A stretch of DNA of 63,753 bases, counting the filler, from Ministeria vibrans ATCC 50519 (Eukaryota; Protista; Filasterea): NCBI GenBank assembly GCA_943704425.1. It is 5 parts of 5 records of this genome, joined end to end, with 100 filler letters (N's around TTAATTAATTAA, not from the genome) between each part and the next. Parts side by side here need not be neighbours in the genome. Positions count along the whole stretch, not along the records: positions 10,133 to 29,495 come from CALSCP010002452.1; positions 29,596 to 35,089 come from CALSCP010002459.1; 3 more parts are not named here. One strand, written 5' to 3'. How positions within the stretch are numbered: position 1 is the stretch's first letter; every line of letters starts with the position of its first letter. Shown piece after piece: positions 18,003 through 29,674 of the stretch. The position numbers and the translations under genes were made by a program. Below the pieces are notes generated by a model. That model ran no database searches and was not told the origin of the DNA. It worked only from the letters and a program-made list of their open reading frames with translations.

Positions 18003-18948
18003 TTAGTCGTCTGCGTGTGCAACAGCAAGAATATCGGCAATGGAGCCGAGAATGACATTGGGGCGGTAGTTGAATTCGCGTGTGCTTGCGACTGTGCGGG
18101 TCACGCCCGACAGAACAAGAATCTAAAGAAAGAGATGAGTTGAACTTTGAGCGAGAAAAATTAAAACGTCGCATTGAGAAAAAAAACAGACAGTCAAAAC
18201 AGAAAAAGGAATGCGAACAAAGTGATAGAGAGAGAAAATCCCAAAACAGAAAATCGCAAAGAAGCAGACATAGTTACGAGATACGTTCCTACCGTGTGCA
18301 TTCCTGCTTCCAATCCTCCAATAATATCGGTATCCATTCGATCTCCAATCACAACTGTATCAGATGATGCCACATTGAGTTTCTGTCGCGCCTATATTAA
18401 AAACGAATTAGAAGAAGACACACTAACAATCACAACAGGTAACACTTAAAGCACCACAACACGCGCCATCATAAAACATATAAGAGAGAGAAAGAGAAAC
18501 AAAGTAATAGAGAGAGAAAACACACACACACACATAAGACAAAAAATTGACACACAATGACACAGAGTTTTATAATAAATACACACACATAAGACAAGAA
18601 ATTGACACACAATGACATACAGTTCTCATCATGATCGGATTGGGTTTTCCCAAATAGTACGCCTTCTGGCCCGTCGCCACCTGAATAGGCTCCACAATAC
18701 ACGCAGTGCCTGGAAGCACGCCATCAGTCGACCGGTCAAATCTATCAATGAATATCATAGCATAGAGAGAGAGATAGTCAATTGGTCAACTTGTGACTAA
18801 CTAAAATTATCGAGAGGAAAAACAGCGAAAAGAAAAATGTGGTTACTTGTCAATGTTTGTTGCGATTAGTCTTGCGCCTCCGTAGACACAGTTAATTGCA
18901 ATCTATTTGAAATGATTTCCATTTTCGTTTGAGTTCTCTCTCTTTTTG

Positions 18949-18980
<32 letters not shown>

Positions 18981-19695
18981 CTCATATGTTCATAGCAAAA
19001 AGTTTGTGTTTCGCCAATGACAACGTAATCGGGATCAACAGCATTCATAGTAAAACCAACATCATGTAAAGCGGTAATGAGTCTAAGAGAGAGAAAAATA
19101 AGCAAACCCAAACCCTAACCCTAATGTTATGTTCATGTGATGTGTCTCTCTCTGCCACACAACACATAACTCTCTGATTTCTTACCCCGCATCTCCAATC
19201 GCATAGCACGTCCCATTGGGACACTGCTCCTTCAAGAAACTGGCAGTGCTCAGCGCAGACGTGTGCACCTGCTCAGCACTCACATGAATTCCCAATCGCG
19301 CTAGTTTTTGCACAATCTCTCGCGGTGTTCGCTCACTGCTGTTCGTCAGCAAAACAAACTCCTTCTTCTCAGTCTACACACACATACACACACACACAAT
19401 CACATACAGTCAGATCTTACTCTCACTCGGTCAGTATTACTTTGAGCCACTGAATAAAGTCTGCTGCGCCCGGAAGAAGCTTATTCTGATAGTACAGCAC
19501 TCCGTCGCAGTCAATAATCCACCCGCGTTTGGCCGTCATGTCCGTCTCAATGGCTCTCACTTGCATTCGCTCGTCTAAACACAACCCACACAGATACAAT
19601 GGTTACAAATCATCATAAATTTCTCAGCAACCGTTCGAATGGACGGCAATCAGGGATCGGTACGAGAGAGAGAGGGTTGCGATCCTCTCATTTCC

Positions 19696-19746
<51 letters not shown>

Positions 19747-19757
19747 CTTTGTTTCTT

Positions 19758-19789
<32 letters not shown>

Positions 19790-19804
19790 NNNNNNNNNCA
19801 CACA

Positions 19805-19876
<72 letters not shown>

Positions 19877-20618
19877 ATTTCAACCTCTTTTCAGAGCACT
19901 TTTCAACTGTTCTGTTGCAACGTGGATGTTGTCGCCACAGATAGCCTTGGCAAAGAGCGGCTCAAGCGTCGTTGCGAGCTGAGTGAGTTCCACTGCGTGT
20001 GCGTCGCTTGAGAAGGGCTTTGCCACAATACGACTGTGGATGCGCGCCACTGTCTCCTCCGAGGCGGACGCGCTGTCGCTGCTGCGTTTGCTGAGTTTCT
20101 TCATGAGCTTGGCAAAGCATTCGTCGTTGATCAGCGAGAATTTATCGAGAAGATGAACTTGCACGTAAGTGTCAATGAGGCGCAGACGAAGGTCCTGTGT
20201 TGCGCGCAGACACTCTGTCCAGGCCATGCGGTCGAGCGCATTCGCCTGCAAGCACACCGATCAGACGCACCGCATGAAGTGCTGTTGCCCGCGAACAGAG
20301 GCGTGGCGTACCTGTTGCTGCAGTCGTTTGATTTCGCTCGTGCAGTGTGCCACAGTGCGCACAAAGAAGTCCAGAGTGTGCGCCAGATCCTGGTCCACCG
20401 CGACCAGCCACGCGTCCATGTGCTCAGACGTCTCCGCTTCAGCCAGGGAGTGCTTCAAAACGCTGTAGCTGCAGTAGTACTGCGCCCTGTGAGTCCCAGA
20501 GAGAGAGTGAGACAGAGACAGAGAGAGAAAAGTGTTGGGATGACATGACAAAACGCCGAATTTTTCCCGTGTACCATTCAGGGTTTCGCTCGGCAAGCAG
20601 ACGGAATGCAAGACGCAT
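18003..20618 (-). CDS. Putative SPX-domain + NagD-like HAD-IIA phosphatase fusion
   Basis: SPX part: MRLAFRLLAERNPEW|AQYYCSYSVLKH...FSLINDECFAKLMKKLSKR...KPF...LEPLFAKAICGDNIHVATEQL. HAD part: WIIDCDGVL, LLTNSS, ARLIATNID, YLGKPNPIMMR, IGDRMDTDIIGGLEAG, ILVLSGVT...YRP. A phase-1 GT-AG intron (19884-19575) joins them in frame (KRD ERMQ). The domain calls are firmer than the fusion itself. Confidence 0.7.
19696..19873. repeat. (CT)n microsatellite inside the predicted SPX-HAD linking intron
   Basis: Direct inspection; small N gap at 19790-19798. Confidence 0.9.
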
Positions 20619-20856
20619 GGTTAAAATCAAAGGCGTCCAGATGAATTGGATGATCAAGAAACGAAAAAAAATTATATTATCAATCGCAAAAATTTATAAA
20701 ACTATCCTTCAAAAATCAAAATAATTATCAATTTATCATAATTATCCTTCTCTTTTCTGTCCACTGATCACCCTCTCCATTCGCCGTGTCTACCTCTGAT
20801 TCAACGCCGTCCGTCCGTCCTCCTCTCTTCTCCTCCGTGCGCCCACTGCGATCAGC

Positions 20857-23141
20857 ATGAGTTCATATCGGCTGTTGGATGACGACGCAGACGCCACTGT
20901 CGCCAGTGCGACCGGTACGACGCCCCACGAGTGCGCATGTGTGTGTGCGTGGCCATGTGTGCGTGTGTGTGTGTGTGTGTGTGTTAATTCATCTCTCTCT
21001 TCCCCTCTCACTTGTGACTTGCCCTGACTGTGTCCTGACCCCATACCCGCCCAATGCTCCCTTATCCGCGTGCCCTCGCACCCCCGCCCCCCTCCCTGTA
21101 GCCCCACCTGGCGCTGTGCATCCGCCCAAGAGCCACCGTGCCGTCGATGCGGACCTAGGGTACGTTCCGCCTGAGCTTGACAACCGCTATGTCATTCCAG
21201 ATCACTCTACAACCCACATGGACCGACACCTCATCTCGTCCAAGCCCTCTAAACCATGTACGTCTCCTTCTCCTCCAAAATAGCCCGACAACAACCCGTC
21301 AGTTTCTCACACCAGTCACATTTGTCATTTTGCTCCCTATTATTATTTTTTTTTGTCCTTTCCCTCTTTCCTTTTTTGCCTCTAGCCGTCTCCGATGAGG
21401 ACGTCTTCCTTGCCGCGACCCTCATTGGCGATGCTCAACACCACCACAAGTCGCGCTACAGCCGGGACATGGAACAACTCAAGTAAGATCACATTTGGTC
21501 ACTGTGTGTGTGACGCAACTCATTGTGAAACACACGCTCACACACACACACAAACCATATTATAGAGCCTATGCTGCGTACAACTCACAGCTCTACACGA
21601 TTGCCGTCGACATTGTCCTCATCCTCGACCTGTGCCTGGCTATCTTCGAGAACCCTGCACCCCGCCAGGTCCTTGCGCCCGCCTGGGTCACGTCTGTCAT
21701 CGAGCTCTTCTTCATTGCCTTCTTCTGCCTTCGTCTCCACTCGCGTCGCTGTTTCTACTCCTCCCAAAAGCGTTTTTGGCACGACAAGAAACATCGCTTT
21801 CTCATTGTCATTGTAGCCATTCAGGTGAAAACACAACAAAGGAAAGAGAGCAAAGGAGATTTTTGACTCATTCGTTCAAATCTGTGTGTGCGTGCGTCTC
21901 TCATTATAGTTGGTCGACATATTCATGTACTTTATTATGCTCAAGTTTGACCCTGACCATGCAGTGCGGTGGTCGCGTGTGCTACGGCCCACGTACATCA
22001 TCATATTCAAAGAACAGGTAACAGTGCGTGTAAATGTTCAATCGTGTCACTCACAGTCACTACCGAATCAGATCCGACGTGGATTCCGCAATATCCGACG
22101 AACAGTGCCGAAGACACTGCCCGTTGTGTGTTTGGTGTTGCTTAATGTGGGCATGTTCACAATGTTTGGAATGGTGCTCTATCAGGGCACAGAGGAGGGC
22201 CGGATGTACTTTAACACATTTCCAGATGGTACGCACACACACACACACATTTTCAGCGCATCCACTTAGTCGCCCGCCAAGCACACACCACACACATCAC
22301 ACACAATCACACACACACACAAGACAAAGACAGACAGACACACACACACACACACACACAACCACACAATTTGCGCTCATCCAATGCAAAAAATTCTCAA
22401 ACGAGTTACACACTCTCAAATTGTCTTAGGTTTTTGGAACCTGTATGTGCTTGTGACAACGGCCAACTTTCCTGACGTCATGATGCCAGCGTACTCGCAG
22501 AACCGCGCTAACGCACTGCTCTTTGTCGTGTTCCTCATCACATCACTCTTCGTGCTCATCAGTATCACTTTTGCCGTCATTTACAATCAGTACCGCTCAT
22601 TTCTCAAGGAAGAGCTGCGCCATGTCATCATCCGCCAACGCCATGCAATCCTCAAGGCCTTCAATATTCTGTGCACTGCGGACGCCACACTTGAAAAGGG
22701 TACTTTTTTGAGACTGATGCGCGTGCTCAGTCCGGAAGACACTGAAGAGAAGGTGAGACATACTATCATTTCCCTCTCACGCTTATTCTCACTCACTCAT
22801 GCATACACGTTTTATCCAGCGTCTGCTACACTGGCTTGTCCTTGACGTCGACAACAGTGGCACAGTGGGCTATGAGCGCTTCTCTCGCATTGTCGATCTG
22901 CTTAACATCCGCATTACTCAGATTCACGGCTCAGTGCACATCTTTGTGAAAATGTGTCCTGGGTTCTATTACTCTGCACCAAGTGTGTTGATCTGTCGTG
23001 CTGTGTCTCACAAGTGAGTGGTTTTGCACACATTACACACATTGCACACACACACACCACAAAGACACACACACATACACACCACAAAGACACCACAAAG
23101 ACACACACACATACACACCACAAAGACACACACATCACAAA

Positions 23142-23227
<86 letters not shown>

Positions 23228-25230
23228 AGCTGTCTAAAACGTAACTGTGTAGGTACTTTCGATGGCTGTTTGATGCACTGATTCTGACCAATGCCGTTTT
23301 GTCGCTTGTCATCTCATCCACTGACCCACGAAACCAAGCCGTTGACATTGTCTTTGTGTGTCTGTTCAACATGGAGCTTCTACTCAAGCTCTACGCAATG
23401 GGCCCTCGCGCGTTTATTCGCGACGTGTGGAATGTGTACGAGTGATGGACCGAGTGTGGCTGGGGTGTGTGTGTGTATGTGTTACTCTAATCTGTGGCTC
23501 TCTTTAAATTGTATTCTAGCTTTGATGTAATAGTCATGACTGTGGCGACTATTGCAGTGGTCGTTCAAGTGGCCCAAGACGCCGAGACAACCTCTCACGC
23601 ATTTGACTTTGTCTCCTTCTCCGTCCTTCTCCGTCTCTGTCGTCTCATCAAACTCATTTATCACATTCCAGTGTAAGATTAGATATTCATTCATTCACAC
23701 AAATATGATGGTTGTGTATATTAATGTGTGTTGTTATAGGTTCCACTTGACGCTAAAGACCATTGTGGAATTGAAACCGGCGTTTATGACGTATGGTGCC
23801 ATTGTCACATGCATTTACTACGTATTTGCCATTGTCGGTACGTTGAACAACCGTCGAGAGAGAGGAGGGAGAAAGAAACAAAGTGATAGAGAGAGGAGAG
23901 AATGTGACACGAAGACAGAGACAGAGAGAGTGCAAAAGATAGTGAGTCGAGTACTGCATGAGAGTGTGTGAGTGCATTACGGAAAGCGAGACACCCACTC
24001 ATCACTTTATGTCGTCTCTATTTACAGGAATGGAGATCTGGGGCAACATGATCTCAACGGGCTGTCCTAACCCACAGCAGTACAACTTCACCATACCCGT
24101 CTCATACGACGACACTTTCACCTGCGAGGTCAACAACAACCCAAAGCTCTACGATTCGGGCTTTGAAGCGGACAATTATTTTGCAAACAACTTCAATTCC
24201 ATTGGAGAGTCCTTTGTCACTCTCTTTGAGTGTACAGTCGTCAATCAATGTCAGTTCAAAACACACACACTCACATGCACAATCGTTTTTACCTGACTCA
24301 CATGTGTTTGTGTGCTTCTGTATGTGTGTGTGTTTAGGGCATGTGATTACGGAAGGGTTTGTTTTTCTCACTAGCAAATGGGCTCGTTTATACTTCTTCG
24401 TCTTTCATTTGAGTATGGTCGTGTTTCTTGTCAAGTAAGCGCGCTTAGCGACTCGCTGTCACTCTGACTAACTCACTCATTCACCCTGCTTTACTCTATC
24501 AGTATTGTTGTTGCGTTTATTGTTGAAGCATTCACCATGCAATTGGATTTGGACTCATCAAAGGTCGAAGATGACCTCATTAAACGCGTTGAGGAAATCG
24601 GAGTGTCAACAGAGTAAGCTTCCGAAATAAGAGTCACTCAATCACTGACATCCACTCACACTCACTCTCTCACTCACTTACTGTGGCAATCAAACAATCT
24701 CTTATATGCACTGCATAACTGACACTTTGGACAGGAGCTCTGAGTACACAATGGCGGATGAGCGACTGATGGAAGACCGCACAGACTTTACGGACGAAGA
24801 AGACGATTTCAGCGGCTCGCCCAACTCACAATCTTTATCCAATGTGGTCCGGAACCACTCTCAGTCCACCACCTCCCACTCTGAGTCTGATCCCGTGTCC
24901 AGTTCCACAGTGGCCTCATTGGCTCATCGCTATAGAGCTCTCTACAAGACCACTGCAGAAACTATCTTACAGCAGATTTTTGCCGCTGAGTTGACCGAAG
25001 AAGTATGATGCTTCTGATCACATTGAATAATGGACTAACTCATAGTTTTGCTCTTTCTCGTCTCTGTTTTTCTTCTTCTATCACGTGTTTCTTTCTTCTT
25101 CGTGTAGGAACTGATGAGTCTGGATGTGGAAGAACTCGACGAAGACACTGAGCGTGCTGTGCAGTCCGATTCTCTCAACTCGAATGTCTTTTCTCGCTTT
25201 TCTCGCATTTTTGCTGCCACTCACTCGTGA
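20857..25230 (+). CDS. Two-pore channel, TPC3-like
   Basis: Two 6-TM domains. Pore 1 LYVLVTTANFPDVMMPAY; pore 2 NNFNSIGESFVTLFECTVVNQ|WHVITEG (NQW as in TPC3). Also LAATLIGDA, LAIFENP, an N-terminal dileucine (YRLL), and a last exon ending FAATHS*. Confidence 0.88.
23050..23226. repeat. Compound (CA)n / CACCACAAAGACA minisatellite in a TPC intron
   Basis: Direct inspection. Confidence 0.85.
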
Positions 25231-25596
25231 TCCCACAACATTTCTTGTTTTTTTTTGTTTTTCTTCCTTTTTGTAATGAAGTTTATATTATTTGATTTGT
25301 TTTGTTCCACTCAATTCATGGTCACCATCAACGCCATCTAGTTCGTGACTCGCCCTTCAAGCGTGGACGCTCCTTCTCGATGTCTTTTGGAAAGGAGCGT
25401 CCATGCTGTTCGTGACTTGCCCTTCGATTGAGTGACACTGCATGAAGCTCGATCTATTTCAGCTGTTAAACCTTGCACACTTTTATCCCACTTTTGCAAT
25501 GCGATGCAGAAAAAACTCCCGGCGAGACAGCAGTGGACGGCGTACCAACACCGACCCATCCCACCGGTTAGCAAGCAAGAGAAAACAAGTCAGTTT

Positions 25597-25641
25597 TAAG
25601 TCACACCCAAGAAATACTAAACCATTGAAAAAAAAAGTGTG
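25597..25641 (-). terminator. Candidate RNA Pol I terminator T2 (T9 tract, then GGGTGTGACTTA)
   Basis: Second copy of the bipartite module at 25822-25866 with the same 17-nt spacer length, downstream of the 28S. Confidence 0.5.
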
Positions 25642-25821
25642 TGCTTTTGCAGCGCATCCACCAAATTCTCCTCGTACACCACTATGACGTGTCGAACCCC
25701 GACACACCTACAGTAAATCAGTCCTACACCCTCCCAGACGGCGGGCCCACACACGCACACCTCATTAGCCATGCAAGATAAAACATGGCGCTTGCGCGCC
25801 CACACACGCACACATCCCCCC

Positions 25822-25866
25822 TAAGTCACACCCTAAAAACCCACGCCACCTGAAAAAAAAAGTGTG
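25822..25866 (-). terminator. Candidate RNA Pol I terminator T1 (T9 tract, then GGGTGTGACTTA)
   Basis: On the rRNA sense strand it reads CACAC-T9-CA-N17-GGGTGTGACTTA, immediately after the 28S 3' end. Confidence 0.55.
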
Positions 25867-25884
25867 CCAAAATAGGCGGATAAC

Positions 25885-26273
25885 CAAGTGACCAGCGTGC
25901 GCTCAGCGGATCGACATAACAAAGATGTCTCTGCCGCTTACACGACGCGGTCAGCGTCCCCTCGTCTTGGAGCGGTTTGTGTCTGGCCAGCATTAAATTG
26001 TCATGGACGGGTTTCGAGGCGCGCGCTTCCGCCGCCCCGCCACACCGTGAAATGATTCAGACCGCTTGCGCGGCTATTTCTATACGTCTGTTGCCGTTGC
26101 CAGACTAAAAAGCTCTCGCGTTCTGGAGCGGATTCTGCCTTAGAGGCGTTCAGGCATATTCCAAGCACATGTTAGCTTCGCTGCATCGTCTTTTCAGGCG
26201 ACAGCTATGCCAATTATGTGAATCAGGAGTTCCTCTCGTACTGACCTGAATTACCATTGCGACAGCGTTTCGT

Positions 26274-26328
<55 letters not shown>

Positions 26329-26374
26329 GTTAGTGGGTGAACAATCCAACCATTGGCGACTTCTGCGTCGCAAG

Positions 26375-26408
<34 letters not shown>

Positions 26409-26431
26409 TACGTCGCTATGAACGCTTGGCA

Positions 26432-26474
<43 letters not shown>

Positions 26475-29093
26475 AGGCCCAGACTCCGGGCAACTAAAGG
26501 ATCGATAGGCCACGCTTTCGCGGTTTGTATTCACACTGAAAATCAAAATCAAGCGAGCTTTTACCCTTTTGTTCTACGAGAGATTTCTGTTCTCTCTGAG
26601 CTCGCCTTGGGACACCTGCGTTATTATTTTACAGATGTGCCGCCCCAGCCAAACTCCCCACCTGACAGTGTCTATAACCCGGATCACGCGCCCAAAGGCA
26701 CGCTTAAGGCAAGAAGATGGGCATTGCTGCCCGCTTCCGTTTAACTATATAAGTAAGAAGACGATGAAAGCAGTGGTATTTCACTGGCGCCGGAGCTCCC
26801 ACCTATTCTACATCTTCCATGTCTTTTCACACAGTCGGATTAGAGTAAAGCTCAACAGGGTCTTCTTTCCCCGCTGACTAGGCCAAGTCCGTTCCCTTGG
26901 CTGCGGTTTCGCTAGATGGTAGATAGGGACAGTAGGAACCTCGAAAACCAATTCATGCACGTCATTAGTTATATGACGAGGCATTTGGCTACCTTAAAAG
27001 AGTCATAGTTACTCCTGCTGTTTAGAATGGCTTAAGCTTGTCTCCAAACATTGACAAGAATTCCACTGAGCATGACTCACATTGTGTCAACACCGTCCAA
27101 CGGCCATCACAATGCTATGTTTTAATTAGACAGTCGGGTTCCCCTTGTCCGTTCCAGTTCTGAGCTGGAAGATGCCGTGGCAGGACGCCACGCAACCCGA
27201 AAGCTACGCAACTGGTGACGCCGTCCAGAGTCAACAGCGCACACGCCGCGCTCGCCCCCGAAAGAGCTCGCACAGCACGCACACCGTCAGACCCCTTCAA
27301 ACACGCCACCCCTAACCACCTTCCCTCAGAGCCAATCCTTCTCCCAAAGTTACGGATCCATTTTGCCGACTTCCCTTACCTACATTCTTCTATCGACTAG
27401 AGGCTGCTCACCTTGGAGACCTGATGCGGTTATCAGTACGGCCGAGCGCAAAGTCTACTTGCGTTGTGCTCACCTCAATTTTCACGGGTCGTTTCACATG
27501 CACCGGGCCGCGACAAGTGTCGCAGCTTTGCCAGCGCCAACACAGCTTCTCCGGCCAAACCGATTCCGCTGTCTTGCCCGCACAATGCGGTACGCTTGTC
27601 AAAAAGAAGAGATAATCCTTTCCGAGATGTGAACCGACGTCTTGAGGCTCGTTTACGTCGCCGTCTCAAAAAGACCTGCGTCTCGGTTGGGGAATATTAA
27701 CCCCATTCCCTTTCGGAGGCTGGAGTGTTTTACCACTCGCGTTAACTCGGCGTTTGCCTACTCCTTAGGACCGACTAACCCGCGTCCAATTGCTGTTCAC
27801 ACGGAACCTTGCTCCACTTCAGTCTTCAAAGTTCTCATTTGAATATTTGCTACTCCCACCAAGATCTGCACTAGCGGCCGTTCGACGCGGGCTCACGCCC
27901 AACGCTTTTTCACGACCGCCACGCCATCCTACTCGTAGACCAAAACAACTTGGATCTACGGCAGAGCATAGGCCCGACGCTTGAGCGCCATCCATTTTCA
28001 GGACTAACTGGTTTGGCAGGTGAGTCGTTACACACTCCTTAGCGGATTTCGACTTCCATGACCACCGTCCTGCTGTCTCGACCAGTCAATACCTTTTGTG
28101 GGTTCTGGAATGAGCGTCGAGTTTGGCGCCTTAGCCCTGCGTTCGGTTCATCCCGCATCGCCAGATCTGCTTACCAAATATGGCCCACTTGGAGCACGTC
28201 GCATTCTATGTCGGGCGAGTTCACTCAAGCAACTCACCCTTCCCACCCATTTAGAGTTTGAGAATAGGTTGAGGATGTTTCATCCCCAAGGCCTCTAATC
28301 ATTGTCTTTACCAGATGGAACTGCTTAATACTCCAACTATCCTGAGGGAAACTTCGGATGGAACCAGCTACTAGAGAGTTCGATTAGTCTTTCGCCCCTA
28401 TACCCAGGTCTAATGATCGATTTGCACGTCAGAACCACAGCGGACCTCCATCAGAGTTTCCTCTGACTTCATCCTGCCCAGGCATAGTTCACTCTCTTTC
28501 GGGTCGCCTCACCTGCGCTCTTACTCAGATCTTTCATGGCTAATCCAGACCGGCCGATTGTGCATGCGTTTGACCGCACTCCAACCTTGTTTGCTTTCAC
28601 TTCGCCTCGGGGTTTTTCCACCCAAAGACTCGCGCATGTGGTGCACTCCTTGGTCCGTGTTTCAAGACGGGTCGGTTGGCGTTATTCTCCTCAGGCATCC
28701 TTGGCGAGTTGGTCCTTCCTGCCACAGCACCACGACACGACAATGCACGCATTCCCGCACCGCTGCCACGACATGTTGGGCCGCATTGCTGCTCGCCGCG
28801 TGTTCCCACAGTCGCCGCCGACGTTCCACCGCGCGTCTATAAAGAGGCCAAAACGCAAGCGCTCGACCCCCACCTTCCGCACGGCTTTTTCCGCCCGCAC
28901 GCAACTGATGCTGAGTTGTACGACTTGCAAGTGCACAGGTGGACACCGCGCCTCTGCGCAACGAGGATTGCTCTCTCGTCCACGCACAGCCGCAGCGGCA
29001 TCCTGCTGATTACAGCCGCTCGTTCTCACGCCAATCGCTTCCCTTTTAACGGTTTCACGTACTGTTTCACTCTCTCTTCAGAGGGCTTTTCAT

Positions 29094-29127
<34 letters not shown>

Positions 29128-29389
29128 GTGCAAATATTTAGCTTTAGAAGGAGTCTACCTTCCACTTTGGGCTGCGATCTCAAGCAACCCGACTCTTCGA
29201 AGGCGCTTTGTAAGAGCTTAAAGCGCACGTCACACACGGGGCTCGCACCCTCTCTGGCCGGACATTCAAATCCAGTTTGACGCACGTCAGCTCAAAAGAC
29301 GCTTCTTGCAACTACAACTCGTCTTGGAAGACGATTTTCAAGTTGAGCTTTTCCCGCTTCACTCGCCGTTACTAGGGGAATCCCTGTTG

Positions 29390-29421
<32 letters not shown>

Positions 29422-29455
29422 GTTCAGCGGGTAGCCTTGCCTTATATGAGAGCAA
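25885..29455 (-). rRNA. 28S (LSU) rRNA gene, essentially full length, divergent; ends approximate
   Basis: ITS4 primer site TCCTCCGCTTATTGATATGC near 29400, ACCCGCTGAACTTAAGC, H69 GGAGTAACTATGACTCT, peptidyl-transferase centre sequences, and sarcin-ricin loop AGTACGAGAGGAAC near 26235. A short piece of ITS2 runs to 29495. Confidence 0.97.
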
Positions 29456-29495
29456 AAAAGAAGTGATGTTTTTCTTATGGGCTGCGTCGCAAGCT

Positions 29496-29595
29496 NNNNN
29501 NNNNNNNNNNNNNNNNNNNNNNNNNNNNNNNNNNNNNNNTTAATTAATTAANNNNNNNNNNNNNNNNNNNNNNNNNNNNNNNNNNNNNNNNNNNN
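29496..29595. other. Artificial contig spacer
   Basis: Ns + TTAATTAATTAA + Ns. Confidence 0.97.
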
Positions 29596-29674
29596 TTTGT
29601 TGTTGTTGTTGTTGTTGTTGTTGTGTGTATTATTTGATATGCTGACTGTGGTTTCACTTGTATCTTCGTTACAG

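Noticed and set aside
18520-18620. ~35-bp duplication ACACACATAAGACAA(A/G)AAATTGACACACAATGACA
   Set aside because: Local intronic duplication with no TIR, TSD or structure.
19107-19125. CCCTAA telomere-like repeats
   Set aside because: Only two copies, inside an intron.
22843-22881. EF-hand-like loop DVDNSGTVGYERF in the TPC linker
   Set aside because: Position 12 is Arg rather than Glu/Asp, so plant-type calcium gating is not supported.
26337-29285. Many ORFs over the rDNA
   Set aside because: Spurious frames on the 28S gene.
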